Source of the DNA: an uncultured Pseudomonadales bacterium
GTDB lineage: Bacteria; Patescibacteriota; Microgenomatia; UBA1400; PJMF01
Direction: 5' to 3'
DNA length: 64,000 bases
NCBI GenBank assembly: GCA_964457085.1
Contig: CAYWDM010000006.1
Location: 4,302 to 68,301, forward strand
Shown: positions 37,752-48,137 of the stretch, in pieces
Layout of the letters: each line of letters begins with the position of its first letter
Numbering within the stretch: position 1 is the stretch's first letter
Program-made: the position numbers and the translations under genes
Notes under the pieces: generated by a model
The model's input: the letters and a program-made list of their open reading frames with translations, nothing else
The model's database searches: none
Told to the model about the DNA's origin: nothing

Positions 37752-40607
37752 CTATAGATCGAGTGATATGTCCTGCGTGAGCTGCCATTGTTTTACAGCG
37801 GTTGGTGTTTGTAAAATATAGGTTGAGTCTGGTAACCCTGACTGACGCTGGATAATCATCCTCTTTTTTGTTAGATCTATTGGAACAGTATTTTTAGCAT
37901 CTACTGCAGGCAAAACTACCAAAGAAACTAATGCTGTCTTCTCCTGACCCTGTGGTACTGGAAAAACGAAGCCAATTTGATTAAAAACCTCACCAGCCTC
38001 AGTGGTAATGAGTTGCTCGTGCCAAGTTGACAATTTTTTACCCTCAATCTCGATCGACTGAACACCAACGTCTTTAGAAACATATAGTCGCTGGTAATTT
38101 ACATATCCCATGCCATTTACGGCTTCCTCGCTACTCACGTTCTCCGCAGACATATTGTTGTTTTTAATACGGATCTGAACCAATAGCTGCTCTGGTTTGA
38201 CATCGGCAAGAACTGAGCGTTGAATCGACCGATTGGCTTTGTTGATGCCAACATTTGACTCAATCAGCATCAAATACAGTGGCTGTTCTTGTTGATTATT
38301 TATAACAGTCGTATCCAACCCCAAACTGGCGTTCAAGATAGCAGATTGTCTGCCACTCCAACCGAGATCATCAATTATCTGTTGTTGTTGACCCTCAACT
38401 TGATACACCTGAATTTCTCTTCGTTTCAACCCTGAAAACAGAATCTGAATTAGTGAAAGTTGCTGTTTCCGATTCAGATTTAGTGCTGCGAGTTTTACTT
38501 GATTAGTTAGGGTTTGTAGGAAATGCTGTTTTTGAACACTACCAGGGAAGAAATGCTGTCGATCAGCTCGAGCCACGTCTGCCAAATTAGCTGCAGTAAC
38601 TTGAATTTTGTAATCAGGTAAATACACTGGTCCAATTACTTTTAAAATCTCTTCCATCAACGACATATTTATAGCGATAACACCATCGAGTCCACGCTTA
38701 TTACCAAAAGCAAAATACTGCAGAATCGTCTGAGCACTAGTTGGAAAATCTGGTTGCCAGTTTGCATCCGGCAATCTCATGCCTTTACCAGAGCTCAAAA
38801 ACTCATCAACACCCGCCGGAGCATTTACAAAACCTTTAAATTGCCCATCTGGTTCATAAATATCCCCAATTGCATAAGTCGGTAGAGTTTGACCACTAAA
38901 ATCAACCATGGCATAGGAACCCATAAACCCACCAGTAGCTCGTAGTTCTTGAGTGTTTTGGAGCAATACCAACAGTTTTCGCTCACCGCCAAACCAATAT
39001 GACGCCAGCTGGCTGAGTTGTGACCAATTATTTTTGACCTCACTCGTAACTGCACAAAAATCTTTGATCTCTGAAGAAAAAAATAAACCTGAGTGTTGTC
39101 CACAAAGTTCCTGATCGATTTCGCCAACTTGTGTGAGTATTTGCGTTAGCGATGACGACAACTGTTGGTATGTATCATGCTGAGGTTTATCAGGTTCCGC
39201 TGCTAGTTTTGTAACACTGTCATACGCAAATCCACCATCAGCTACGAGTAAAAAACCAGATTTAAGTGATCGAATTAACGACACTTTTTGGAATGTGAGT
39301 ATATTGGCAACTTTTGATGCAACTAATCCAGTCTTAACATGTCGCTGTAGTTCTCGGGAATTAAAGGTGGCAAAATCACCCTTGATCTGACTACCTGCCA
39401 GTAACATAACTCCAAGTGAAATGGCCAACACTCCAAAATATGTCGCAAGTATTCCAGCCAGTAATAATGCTAAATGATGATATGACCAACGTATATGTGA
39501 TAGTCGCTTTTTAAAACGTTGTACTAGTGGTTCGCTAGCAAGCTCTTGATACCAGTTTGCATAATTAACAGAGATACCGCCCCAAGTGTATTGCTTGGCT
39601 AGTTCAATGCCATGCAAAATTCGTTCCTGTAATTCTACTTTCGATAATTGCGAGAGCAGTCGCAGTGTTTTTTCTAACTCATCTGCATTGGCAACAATTA
39701 CTACATTGGCTGCAAAAGGTGCTAGATGAAAATAATCCTGTTTTAATTGATTATCAGCAACTGCAACTACTAATTTACCTGCAGCCAAACACTCCCAAAC
39801 AGATAGGTAGCCACTGGCTATCACTATATCCGCAGTTTGCAGCCATTTTCGCTGAGCTGACCAGCCCATCACTTCACCAACCAAGTCCGCTTGGTCTCTA
39901 AGTTCGCCATCACCATAAAATTGCCATCGAATATCGTGCCTAGCTCTTGCAGCTGACAAAACTGCAATGAATCCAGTATCTGGGGCCAGTCTTCCTGCAT
40001 ACGCAACCGTCAGCCTAGAATTTGGCATCGCTGCAACCTGTGACAATTGCTGCTGATTAACTGCTCCATAAGTGATGGCATCACCAATAACCTGGTAGTA
40101 TTTAGAAATAAATTCACCAACTAGTAACAACCGATCCGCACAAATTGCTGAAAATTGTTTCAAAAACTTCAGCTTAGTTGGGATTGGATATTTACCCTCC
40201 CAACCATGCATGGTCAACACTATTCGAGAAAAAGGTAGTAACAAACGAATTGGTAACAACCAAATCATCACATCGTGAACATGAATGATAGAAGCTTGAG
40301 AAAATGTCGATAGTTTTGCCAATAATTTGAACCAAACTACCAATAATCCGACGATGGGAATTCGAGGAAAAACAACCGTGGTAACTTGGACGATGTGATG
40401 TTTGAGCGTAATCTCTTGGGTTTGATCTTCCTTGCCAGCTGAAAAAACCTCCACGGAATACCCTTGTTCCAGCAAATCAGTTACTGTCTCCAACACATGG
40501 GTCTCTACTCCGCCAATTGCAGGTAGAAAACTTGGGGTCACCACCACAATTCTTTGAGCTGTTCGATCTGCATCTCCAGTTGTTTTTTTGTCTTGAGCGA
40601 AACTCAT
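37752..40607 (-). CDS. GT4 glycosyltransferase fused to a DUF4012-like domain
   Basis: N-terminal P.IGGVETHV, AGRL..D.G; TM; then LLQNTQELRATGGFMGSY, DANW.PDFPTSA, ESNVG.NKAN. Confidence 0.82.
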   Translation of the reverse strand: MSFAQDKKTTGDADRTAQRIVVVTPSFLPAIGGVETHVLETVTDLLEQGYSVEVFSAGKEDQTQEITLKHHIVQVTTVVFPRIPIVGLLVVWFKLLAKLSTFSQASIIHVHDVMIWLLPIRLLLPFSRIVLTMHGWEGKYPIPTKLKFLKQFSAICADRLLLVGEFISKYYQVIGDAITYGAVNQQQLSQVAAMPNSRLTVAYAGRLAPDTGFIAVLSAARARHDIRWQFYGDGELRDQADLVGEVMGWSAQRKWLQTADIVIASGYLSVWECLAAGKLVVAVADNQLKQDYFHLAPFAANVVIVANADELEKTLRLLSQLSKVELQERILHGIELAKQYTWGGISVNYANWYQELASEPLVQRFKKRLSHIRWSYHHLALLLAGILATYFGVLAISLGVMLLAGSQIKGDFATFNSRELQRHVKTGLVASKVANILTFQKVSLIRSLKSGFLLVADGGFAYDSVTKLAAEPDKPQHDTYQQLSSSLTQILTQVGEIDQELCGQHSGLFFSSEIKDFCAVTSEVKNNWSQLSQLASYWFGGERKLLVLLQNTQELRATGGFMGSYAMVDFSGQTLPTYAIGDIYEPDGQFKGFVNAPAGVDEFLSSGKGMRLPDANWQPDFPTSAQTILQYFAFGNKRGLDGVIAINMSLMEEILKVIGPVYLPDYKIQVTAANLADVARADRQHFFPGSVQKQHFLQTLTNQVKLAALNLNRKQQLSLIQILFSGLKRREIQVYQVEGQQQQIIDDLGWSGRQSAILNASLGLDTTVINNQQEQPLYLMLIESNVGINKANRSIQRSVLADVKPEQLLVQIRIKNNNMSAENVSSEEAVNGMGYVNYQRLYVSKDVGVQSIEIEGKKLSTWHEQLITTEAGEVFNQIGFVFPVPQGQEKTALVSLVVLPAVDAKNTVPIDLTKKRMIIQRQSGLPDSTYILQTPTAVKQWQLTQDISLDL

Positions 40608-40614
40608 TGAGCTC

Positions 40615-40624
40615 ATTATATAAT
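40615..40624. promoter_or_regulatory. overlapping back-to-back -10 boxes for two divergent genes
   Basis: Palindrome ATTATATAAT gives TATAAT on both strands, each 7 nt from an ATG (40607 minus, 40632 plus). Confidence 0.65.
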
Positions 40625-40631
40625 CGATTAA

Positions 40632-41597
40632 ATGCGAATTTCTCTGGTAATTACTGTCTTGAATGAAGCTGGGACTATTGAATTACTTGCCCAGTCACTA
40701 GCAAACCAAACTCACTTGCCAACTGAAGTAGTTGTGGTTGATGGCGGTTCAACTGATGACACCATTGGCAAGTTAATAGCAATTCAAAAAAAATACCCCA
40801 AATTAAAATTAAAAATTCTCACCAAAAAAGGCAATCGAAGCGTTGGCAGAAATGCCGCCATTGATCAAGCTGTCTCAGAATTAATTGCCATTACCGACGC
40901 AGGCTGCATTCCAAAACACGATTGGCTAGAAAAACTAGCAGCCACCTATCGTGACTCCAAAGCTCCAGTTATTGCCGGCTATTACCGCGGCATCCCACTC
41001 TCCAACTTTGGCGAGGCTGTAATTCCTTATGCACTAGTCATGCCAGATAAAGTAAACCCTAAGACTTTTTTGCCAGCAACCAGGTCAATGTTGTTAGAAA
41101 AAAATGTTTGGAAAAAACTAGGTGGTTTCGACGAATCACTATCACACAATGAAGATTATGCTTTTGCAAGAAAAATTGCCTCCGCCAAAATTTCAATATA
41201 TTTTTGTCAACAAGCTCTAGTCTTTTGGCAACCTCGTGAAACTTGGCGGCAATTCTGGAAAATGATTTATCGCTTCGCAGTAGGCGATGTTGAGTCACAA
41301 AGTTGGCGACCAAAAGTTGCTTTAATTTTTATTAGATATGGATTGTTTATTGCGTTGGCAATCTGGCTATCTAGACAACAACCATTCTCATTTATCACTG
41401 GATATCTCGGACTCAGTTGTCTGCTGCTCGGATACATACTGTGGGCAATCAAAAAAAATTACCGGTATGTCCAAAATGGTTGGTACTATTTACCGCTACT
41501 GCAAATTATCTCTGACTTTGCCGTAATGTCAGGAACTTTGGTGGGATTCGTGCATTTAGCGAACAGCCGAATTACTCAGATTTTTTCAAAATCGTAA
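40632..41597 (+). CDS. glycosyltransferase family 2
   Basis: ISLVITVLNE, VVVDGGSTD, TDAGC, GGFDE....EDY; C-terminal TMs. Confidence 0.92.
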   Translation: MRISLVITVLNEAGTIELLAQSLANQTHLPTEVVVVDGGSTDDTIGKLIAIQKKYPKLKLKILTKKGNRSVGRNAAIDQAVSELIAITDAGCIPKHDWLEKLAATYRDSKAPVIAGYYRGIPLSNFGEAVIPYALVMPDKVNPKTFLPATRSMLLEKNVWKKLGGFDESLSHNEDYAFARKIASAKISIYFCQQALVFWQPRETWRQFWKMIYRFAVGDVESQSWRPKVALIFIRYGLFIALAIWLSRQQPFSFITGYLGLSCLLLGYILWAIKKNYRYVQNGWYYLPLLQIISDFAVMSGTLVGFVHLANSRITQIFSKS

Positions 41598-42582
41598 TTT
41601 GATAGAGCTGTAGTGCGACTGCCCCTAAATCAAATTTATATCGTTCACTTCCTCTCAGAAAGTCATAGACTGCAATACCTTGTTCAATCGCATGTTGTAA
41701 GTGATGTGCCTTGAGACCAAACCCTACTCCTAGTGCTGCATACTGCGGATCATAGCCTGAGTTATAGAGCAAAATTGAGTGCTGATCTTTCAAAAAATAA
41801 GCGATTGCTGCCACCCTCTCACCCTCGTAGATGCAAAAAGCAAAACGCCACTGCCAACCATTTTCATAATCAGCGACTGATAAATCTGTAAAAAATGCTG
41901 CCATTTGCTCCGACATAAATTGTTGCTTCAGAGGATCAGAAAGTTTATGTAGTCGCAAAAAATCTGCAACTATTTCTGGTGTTGCAGATAAATCCCACTC
42001 ATACGTTGGGCTCACCTGCTCAAGTCGTTTCAGTTTTCGCTTCAATTCATCACGGTGTTTTTTCTTTTGCGACTGCACATATTCTTCCCAGGTAGTTGGC
42101 AACTTAATGTAAGGTGATTCAGCTTGCGGAGTGATTTGTACTACATCATTTGTTTGATTTGTAGCCTCTGATGCAAAAAATCTGTAACTGGCACTGTCTG
42201 ATCGAACATAATCTAATTGAATTTTATTTACACCATTGGAAAACAACCAGTTAAGTAGTGAATTCCAAATATCAGTTACTACCACATCACCTACAACACC
42301 AAATAATCGTAAATCCCCATAATCCGTGACTTCTTCATTCCCAAGAACTGGAGGCATGCCAATGAAAAAAACTTCAGTACCAATTCTTTGCAGTCCGATT
42401 GTTGCCAGCAGCACACCAGCATCAAAAACACCTAGATGTAGAACTTCACCACCAGCTCCAAAATGTGACAGGAACACTCTTTGATAGGCAAAGTTATTAA
42501 ATGGAAAAATATCAGTAGAACTCATGAACTCAGCAGTAGCTACTGCGAGCTCTTCAACTGTCAAATTCTTCACTTCCAACAT
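41572..42582 (-). CDS. GNAT family acetyltransferase (CelD/BcsL-like)
   Basis: LP.TWEEY, R.ELKRK..RL, YNSGYDP.Y....G, YDFLRG.ERYK..LG. Confidence 0.88.
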   Translation of the reverse strand: MLEVKNLTVEELAVATAEFMSSTDIFPFNNFAYQRVFLSHFGAGGEVLHLGVFDAGVLLATIGLQRIGTEVFFIGMPPVLGNEEVTDYGDLRLFGVVGDVVVTDIWNSLLNWLFSNGVNKIQLDYVRSDSASYRFFASEATNQTNDVVQITPQAESPYIKLPTTWEEYVQSQKKKHRDELKRKLKRLEQVSPTYEWDLSATPEIVADFLRLHKLSDPLKQQFMSEQMAAFFTDLSVADYENGWQWRFAFCIYEGERVAAIAYFLKDQHSILLYNSGYDPQYAALGVGFGLKAHHLQHAIEQGIAVYDFLRGSERYKFDLGAVALQLYQITILKKSE

Positions 42583-43338
42583 TTACGCCTCTCCAAATAA
42601 CAACATCAACAACATTATAAGCACACCCGCTACGAATGCTGCAATTTGAAAAATACCTTTTCGGCTTGGCTGCTCTTTGTGCAATTCGGGAATTAAATCA
42701 GAACCAGCAATATAAATAAAGGTTCCCGCAGCAAACGGTATTAGATACTGTTCTAAATGAATGGATTGAGCCCCAAATAATGCCACCACACCAACTCCAC
42801 CCAGTGCAGTCAACGCAGTCAAAAAGTTTAGAAACAAAGCCCGAGCTCTTGAGATACCACTATGCACAATCACTGCAAAATCACCTATTTCTTGAGGAAT
42901 TTCATGCAAGAACACCGCCACAGTAGTAGCAATACCAACCTCAGTGCTCACTAAGAAACTTGCCGCAATAATTAACCCATCAATAAAATTATGCACTGCG
43001 TCCGCAAACAGATTCATCCAAGCAAAGTGATGTACATGATGACTAGTAATTGGTAAATGACAATGTTGCCAATGGATGACTTTTTCCAATAACAGTGAAA
43101 AAGTGATACCGCCCAAAATTAACAAGGAACTTTGCAATTCAAAGCCATGTGTCTCAACTAACTCAGGCAGTAAATGAATGAAGACATCACCTAGTAATGA
43201 TCCAGCTGCAAAACTAATAAAATATAAAATCAGAGATTTAAATTTTGCATCTGAAATCTTCAGGCTCACCATGCCAATCAATGACACTAAACTAATAGCT
43301 ATTACCGAGAGACTTGCTTGAATTAATTGTATTTCCAT
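42583..43338 (-). CDS. ZIP family zinc transporter
   Basis: HLLPE, His-rich loop, HNFIDG, HEIPQEIGDF. Confidence 0.93.
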   Translation of the reverse strand: MEIQLIQASLSVIAISLVSLIGMVSLKISDAKFKSLILYFISFAAGSLLGDVFIHLLPELVETHGFELQSSLLILGGITFSLLLEKVIHWQHCHLPITSHHVHHFAWMNLFADAVHNFIDGLIIAASFLVSTEVGIATTVAVFLHEIPQEIGDFAVIVHSGISRARALFLNFLTALTALGGVGVVALFGAQSIHLEQYLIPFAAGTFIYIAGSDLIPELHKEQPSRKGIFQIAAFVAGVLIMLLMLLFGEA

Positions 43339-43390
43339 AATACCGAGATTCTACTGCATCTTCTCAGCAAATGCAACAAAGTTGCTATTG

Positions 43391-45256
43391 CTATTTTATT
43401 ACAGTTGGTTTTTCAACCACATCAAACGTTGTAGCACTTACCGAAGCTTGTGGTTGATAGACTGTGAAACCAACACTGCCATCGTCATATTTTGCTTCAA
43501 AGACTTTTTGTAATAAACCGGTTCGCTGACATCGATTATGAAGTGTGAAGAAAATATAATAATCGTATGGCTCTTTTGCTAATTCCGAAGAAGCACATAA
43601 ATCGCTTACAAAATGTCGCTGACCAATCCAGAAATCTTTGGCATTCAAAAAATATTTACCAGGTTTTTTAATTGGCAATGTACGCAAATCTTCCTGTGCA
43701 AAAAGATAAGGATAAAAGAACACACCCTCAACGTGCTCCTCAATAATCTTTGAGTCATGGGCATTGGCGTTAATCCATTTTACTAGCTCTTCTCCAGCAC
43801 GACTGCGGTTAAACGGTCGTTCAAAGGGCGTTTGGGCCACATATCCAAACCAGAAACTGAGCAGGTTTGGTGCTGACAACAGTAAAATAGTGCTAACAAT
43901 CACTACCGGAGAAAATAAAAACTGTTGCCAATTTGTAGATACTTTAATTTGAGTAAACAAAGATTTGATTGTCACAAACCAACCAAGTGCTGATGCAAGT
44001 TGTAACCATGGCACCATGATTACTGCCCGCTGTAGATTTGGAAAATCATCTTGAGTTAGGGCCGATGGAATGGCAGCAATAAACAAGAAACCCAAACTCA
44101 AAGCCACTAAAGGTCGCAGATTCTGCTGACTGGTCTCAAGTGATTTAGCCGATTTAGACATCGAAAAATCCATACCCAAAACTAAAAATGCCATAGCTAA
44201 CACCACTCCCAAGTACTCAAAAACCGTAACTGAGACTCCATTTGGAACCGCATATCTAATTGGTGGACCGTTCTGAAAAAGTAAAACCGATGGTGACAAT
44301 AACCCTACATATTGTCGCCAAAATGCCGAGAAATTTTCCGTAACTTTGTTGTATCTAAACCGAGTGATTAGTGGTGGGATCCCAGCTTGTCCTGACTGAG
44401 CGATATGTGAGGTCAACGCTCCCTTGACTGTATCGCTACCAAGAATTGCCGTCTCCTGATACCTGCCTTGTGCATACGGAGTCTGCAATAACACGCCAAA
44501 AGGAAAAATGAGATAGGTTGCAATTACAGCTACAATTCCAATCGTCAGTTGACGTGACCAATCCCCTCGATGATGCCACCAGGTGTATGCCGCAATTAAT
44601 ACTAAAAATGGTGGAATCAACAACCTAGAAGTGAAATAGGTCACATAACAAATAATTGTGAGTGTATAAATTGCTACTAATCCAAAAATAAACTGACGCA
44701 AATCTGCTGTTCGCTGAAGCTTACTCTGAGCTGCATTCCAAAAAACAGTTGTGGCCACCAACACTAACAAAGCCAGTACCATCGAATCCACGATCACACT
44801 TGAAGAAGCTCGTGACATCACAATGCTCCATGGAGATACCGCCCAAAGTACTGCAGCAATGAGCACCAATAATTTATTGCGAGTTTGTCGATATAACCAC
44901 CACAATGCCAAACCTGCAGCGATCAAACCAGTGACAATAATGCCTGCACGATATGATGTTACTTGCGATCCAAAAAATGCAATAAATGGCACCAGCACAT
45001 ACGAATGAATTGCTGAAACATGATCCCCCCACATATCTACAGTGAGTGGCCATTTCTCTCCATAAATATTGCTGCCAGATTTCAACAATAACCATCCATT
45101 GTAGGCAAACCAGGCCTCATCTTGATGCATTCCAGCTGGAAAATCAGCCAAACGCCAAAACCGACCAGCAATTGCTAATACGGCAATTGCCAGACCTGAA
45201 AGCCACCATCCAAATGAGGTTTTTAGTTGTTTCAAAAGATGATTGAATATGTGCAC
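43391..45256 (-). CDS. GT-C (ArnT/PMT-like) membrane glycosyltransferase
   Basis: RFW.L...P.G...DEA...YN, G..WPL, SPW.I..SR, many TMs; GTG start. Confidence 0.82.
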   Translation of the reverse strand: MHIFNHLLKQLKTSFGWWLSGLAIAVLAIAGRFWRLADFPAGMHQDEAWFAYNGWLLLKSGSNIYGEKWPLTVDMWGDHVSAIHSYVLVPFIAFFGSQVTSYRAGIIVTGLIAAGLALWWLYRQTRNKLLVLIAAVLWAVSPWSIVMSRASSSVIVDSMVLALLVLVATTVFWNAAQSKLQRTADLRQFIFGLVAIYTLTIICYVTYFTSRLLIPPFLVLIAAYTWWHHRGDWSRQLTIGIVAVIATYLIFPFGVLLQTPYAQGRYQETAILGSDTVKGALTSHIAQSGQAGIPPLITRFRYNKVTENFSAFWRQYVGLLSPSVLLFQNGPPIRYAVPNGVSVTVFEYLGVVLAMAFLVLGMDFSMSKSAKSLETSQQNLRPLVALSLGFLFIAAIPSALTQDDFPNLQRAVIMVPWLQLASALGWFVTIKSLFTQIKVSTNWQQFLFSPVVIVSTILLLSAPNLLSFWFGYVAQTPFERPFNRSRAGEELVKWINANAHDSKIIEEHVEGVFFYPYLFAQEDLRTLPIKKPGKYFLNAKDFWIGQRHFVSDLCASSELAKEPYDYYIFFTLHNRCQRTGLLQKVFEAKYDDGSVGFTVYQPQASVSATTFDVVEKPTVIK

Positions 45257-45291
45257 TCAAGCATTTTATCATCAGGCCAGACTCACCACAG

Positions 45292-46659
45292 TCACAATTT
45301 AAACTGCAGTAAAATTGTTTGATCTCTTTTAGGCCCGGTCGTAATTATAGAAATCGGCACACCAATGCTCTGACTCATGAATTTCAAAAACTTACGAGCC
45401 GCTGCCGGCAATTCTTTGAGATTTCTTGCGGCTGCCAATTTACTAGCATCCCAAGATGGCATCTCAATATATGTTGGAGCCACTGTATTTAAAAATTCCT
45501 GATCTGGTCGATACTCAACATTTTTACCCGCAACAGTATAGCCGGTACAAATTTTGATTGGAAAATCAGAATAACTGATGTCCATGTGGGTTAAAACTAA
45601 ACTATTTAGTCGACCAACTTTACAAAAAAATTTAAGTGCCGGAATATCCAAATAGGCAATGTCGCGTGGTCTCTTAGTTGTAGCACCATACTCATGTGCA
45701 TCCTCTCGAATTCGATCCGCAAGTTCACCGGTCATGATACTGGGTAACTGTCGCACCCCCACACTAGACATATAGGTGGCCTTGATTACGCCAGCTTTGA
45801 ACTTAATTTTATCTGGATCAATGACACCTTCTGTAGCAGAAAAAATTCCGTCAAACGTGGTATCAGAAGCAGTGATGTCTGGATATACACCCCACCGATA
45901 ATCCAAACCAATTGCTTGAGATTTCTCAAATACAAAACCGCATTTTTTATCTTGCCATTTTTCACTTAACCAATCATGTAAATCATAAGTTACCGCTGCT
46001 AGTTTTAATCCTTGGGCTTTCAATCTGCGTAAAAATTCTGCTTCTGAGCCGACAGCGAGCGTAGCTCCATTTAAGCTTGGTACCAGTACAGATGACATGT
46101 CGTGTCCAAGTCCTTTAATGAGTGCACTGTACATTTGATAATGCTGTTTAATTTTTTGGTCATTAAATACAACAATATCTTTCATCCTCAGTGGATGTCG
46201 CAGTAACACATCCGAATATGCAGGGGAAATACCACGGCCAGTAGCACCTTTTCCACCTGTTTGCCATTGCTTCAGCACATTTTCATACGCTCGGTGGGTG
46301 TCGAGTGATAATAACGCATAACGATCAATCTTCACTTTTGCACGATCCTTTGTTGACTTCACCGCTTTAATATTCACCAACTCTTCAAGCAGATCTCCAG
46401 GATGCAGTACCATCTCCTTGCCTAGAACAATCACTGCTCCTTTAATAAATGCACCAGAGGGAAGTTGATGTAAGGCAATACGGTGACCATCGGCAAACTC
46501 AACCGTATGTCCTGCATTTGCCCCGCCATTATCTCGGTAAACAATTACTTCACCTTTCTGACTCAGTTGATGCACCAACATATCAACAATTCTGCCTTTA
46601 CCTTCATCACCAAATGCACCTCCACAGCATGCAAATGTTTTTGGGCGAAAACTAGTCAT
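45292..46659 (-). CDS. purA: adenylosuccinate synthetase
   Basis: FGDEGKG, GGANAGHTV, HQLPSG, G.T.RGISPAY, EYGATTKRPR, TGP.R. Confidence 0.95.
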   Translation of the reverse strand: MTSFRPKTFACCGGAFGDEGKGRIVDMLVHQLSQKGEVIVYRDNGGANAGHTVEFADGHRIALHQLPSGAFIKGAVIVLGKEMVLHPGDLLEELVNIKAVKSTKDRAKVKIDRYALLSLDTHRAYENVLKQWQTGGKGATGRGISPAYSDVLLRHPLRMKDIVVFNDQKIKQHYQMYSALIKGLGHDMSSVLVPSLNGATLAVGSEAEFLRRLKAQGLKLAAVTYDLHDWLSEKWQDKKCGFVFEKSQAIGLDYRWGVYPDITASDTTFDGIFSATEGVIDPDKIKFKAGVIKATYMSSVGVRQLPSIMTGELADRIREDAHEYGATTKRPRDIAYLDIPALKFFCKVGRLNSLVLTHMDISYSDFPIKICTGYTVAGKNVEYRPDQEFLNTVAPTYIEMPSWDASKLAAARNLKELPAAARKFLKFMSQSIGVPISIITTGPKRDQTILLQFKL

Positions 46660-48052
46660 TATTTCCTTTCGATTTCAGATAACTACGGATATTTCGATGC
46701 ACGGTGGCTGCAATTTCAGCTGATAAACCCAAATAATTTGTTGGGGATAGCTGTAATAATTGCTGTTTTATCTCATCTGAAATCTGTAACTGGGCAACAA
46801 ACTGATTTAGAATTTTTTTCGTGACTTTTTTTCCTTGTGTTTGCTCTTGCAGTTTTTGATATCCCAGCACATCACCATGCATGCGTAAAATAACCTGATA
46901 TGCTTCAGCAACTACCTCCCAGTGATCATTTAATTCTTGATTTACTTTTATGGTATCAACTGATATTTTCTGCAACCCTTTTATGAGTGAAGTGTAAGCT
47001 AAAACGCACTGTCCAATGGCAACTCCAAAATTGCGTTTTACAGTGCTATCTGAAAGGTCTCGTTGCAATCGAGAAATCGGCAATTTTTGAATAAAATGGA
47101 TCAGCATACTATTCGCCATTCCCAAATTGCCCTCGCTATTTTCAAAATCTATGGGATTAACCTTGTGCGGCATTGTCGATGATCCAACTTGGCCAGTTGC
47201 TAGTTTTTGAACCAAATATCCGTCACTAATGTAACGCCATGCATCCTGATTAAGGTCAAGTAAAATTCCATTTATCCGAATCAAACTACTAAATAATTGA
47301 CTGTAACTTTCTGGAGATAAAATCTGCGTTGCAATCACAGATGGTGCCAAACCTAATGAAGCAACAAATTCTTTGCTTATTTTTAGCCAATCAACATCTG
47401 GAAAAATGGTGAGGTGAGCATTAAAATTTCCAACTGCACCAGAAACCTTTCCTTCGATTTGTAACTGATCAAGTACTAATAATTCTTGAAGTAGACGCTG
47501 TGCAAAAACCGCGAATTCTTTACCAATGGTTGTAGGAACTGCTACCTGACCATGTGTCCGTGCCAGCATTGGCGTGTCTGCATAGTCATTGATAATTTTG
47601 CCGAGCGTTTTGAGAAGTAACTGAAGCATCGGAATAACAAGTTGTTCTTTTGCTTCCATCAACATTTGAGAATATGCAAGTGAATTAACATCCTCACTCG
47701 TTAAAGCGATATGAACATATGCTGCTAGTGGTGAATTTATTTTTTGCAGCTTTGCTGTTAAAAAATACTCAACTGCTTTAACATCGTGTCTAGTAATGAG
47801 TTCTATTTTTTTAACTTCTTCCGCATCAGTAGTACTGAAGTCATGCTGCAGTTGGAGTAAAAAGATTTCTTCATCTGAGGTAATTTTAGGAATCAATCGG
47901 TGTTTCGATAAAAAGAAAAGATACTGAATTTCAATTTTGACTCTATGGGTAATTAATGCAAACTCAGAAAAAATATTCGAAACTTCTGTTAGCTGTGTGT
48001 GATAGCGTCCATCCAAAGGAGATATTGCAGTTAGACGTGAGTCCGTTGCCAT
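46652..48052 (-). CDS. purB: adenylosuccinate lyase
   Basis: LTAISPLDGRY, HDVKAVEY, RTHGQ, GSSTMPHKVNPIDFENSEGN, SRLQRDLSDSTV. Confidence 0.96.
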   Translation of the reverse strand: MATDSRLTAISPLDGRYHTQLTEVSNIFSEFALITHRVKIEIQYLFFLSKHRLIPKITSDEEIFLLQLQHDFSTTDAEEVKKIELITRHDVKAVEYFLTAKLQKINSPLAAYVHIALTSEDVNSLAYSQMLMEAKEQLVIPMLQLLLKTLGKIINDYADTPMLARTHGQVAVPTTIGKEFAVFAQRLLQELLVLDQLQIEGKVSGAVGNFNAHLTIFPDVDWLKISKEFVASLGLAPSVIATQILSPESYSQLFSSLIRINGILLDLNQDAWRYISDGYLVQKLATGQVGSSTMPHKVNPIDFENSEGNLGMANSMLIHFIQKLPISRLQRDLSDSTVKRNFGVAIGQCVLAYTSLIKGLQKISVDTIKVNQELNDHWEVVAEAYQVILRMHGDVLGYQKLQEQTQGKKVTKKILNQFVAQLQISDEIKQQLLQLSPTNYLGLSAEIAATVHRNIRSYLKSKGNND

Positions 48053-48137
48053 TAATCCAATTGTACAGCAATTTAGCCATTTGCAGAGAGAAAATTTGGA
48101 ACTGTTTAATTCTATTTCGTGTTTCTGCAACCAGCAT

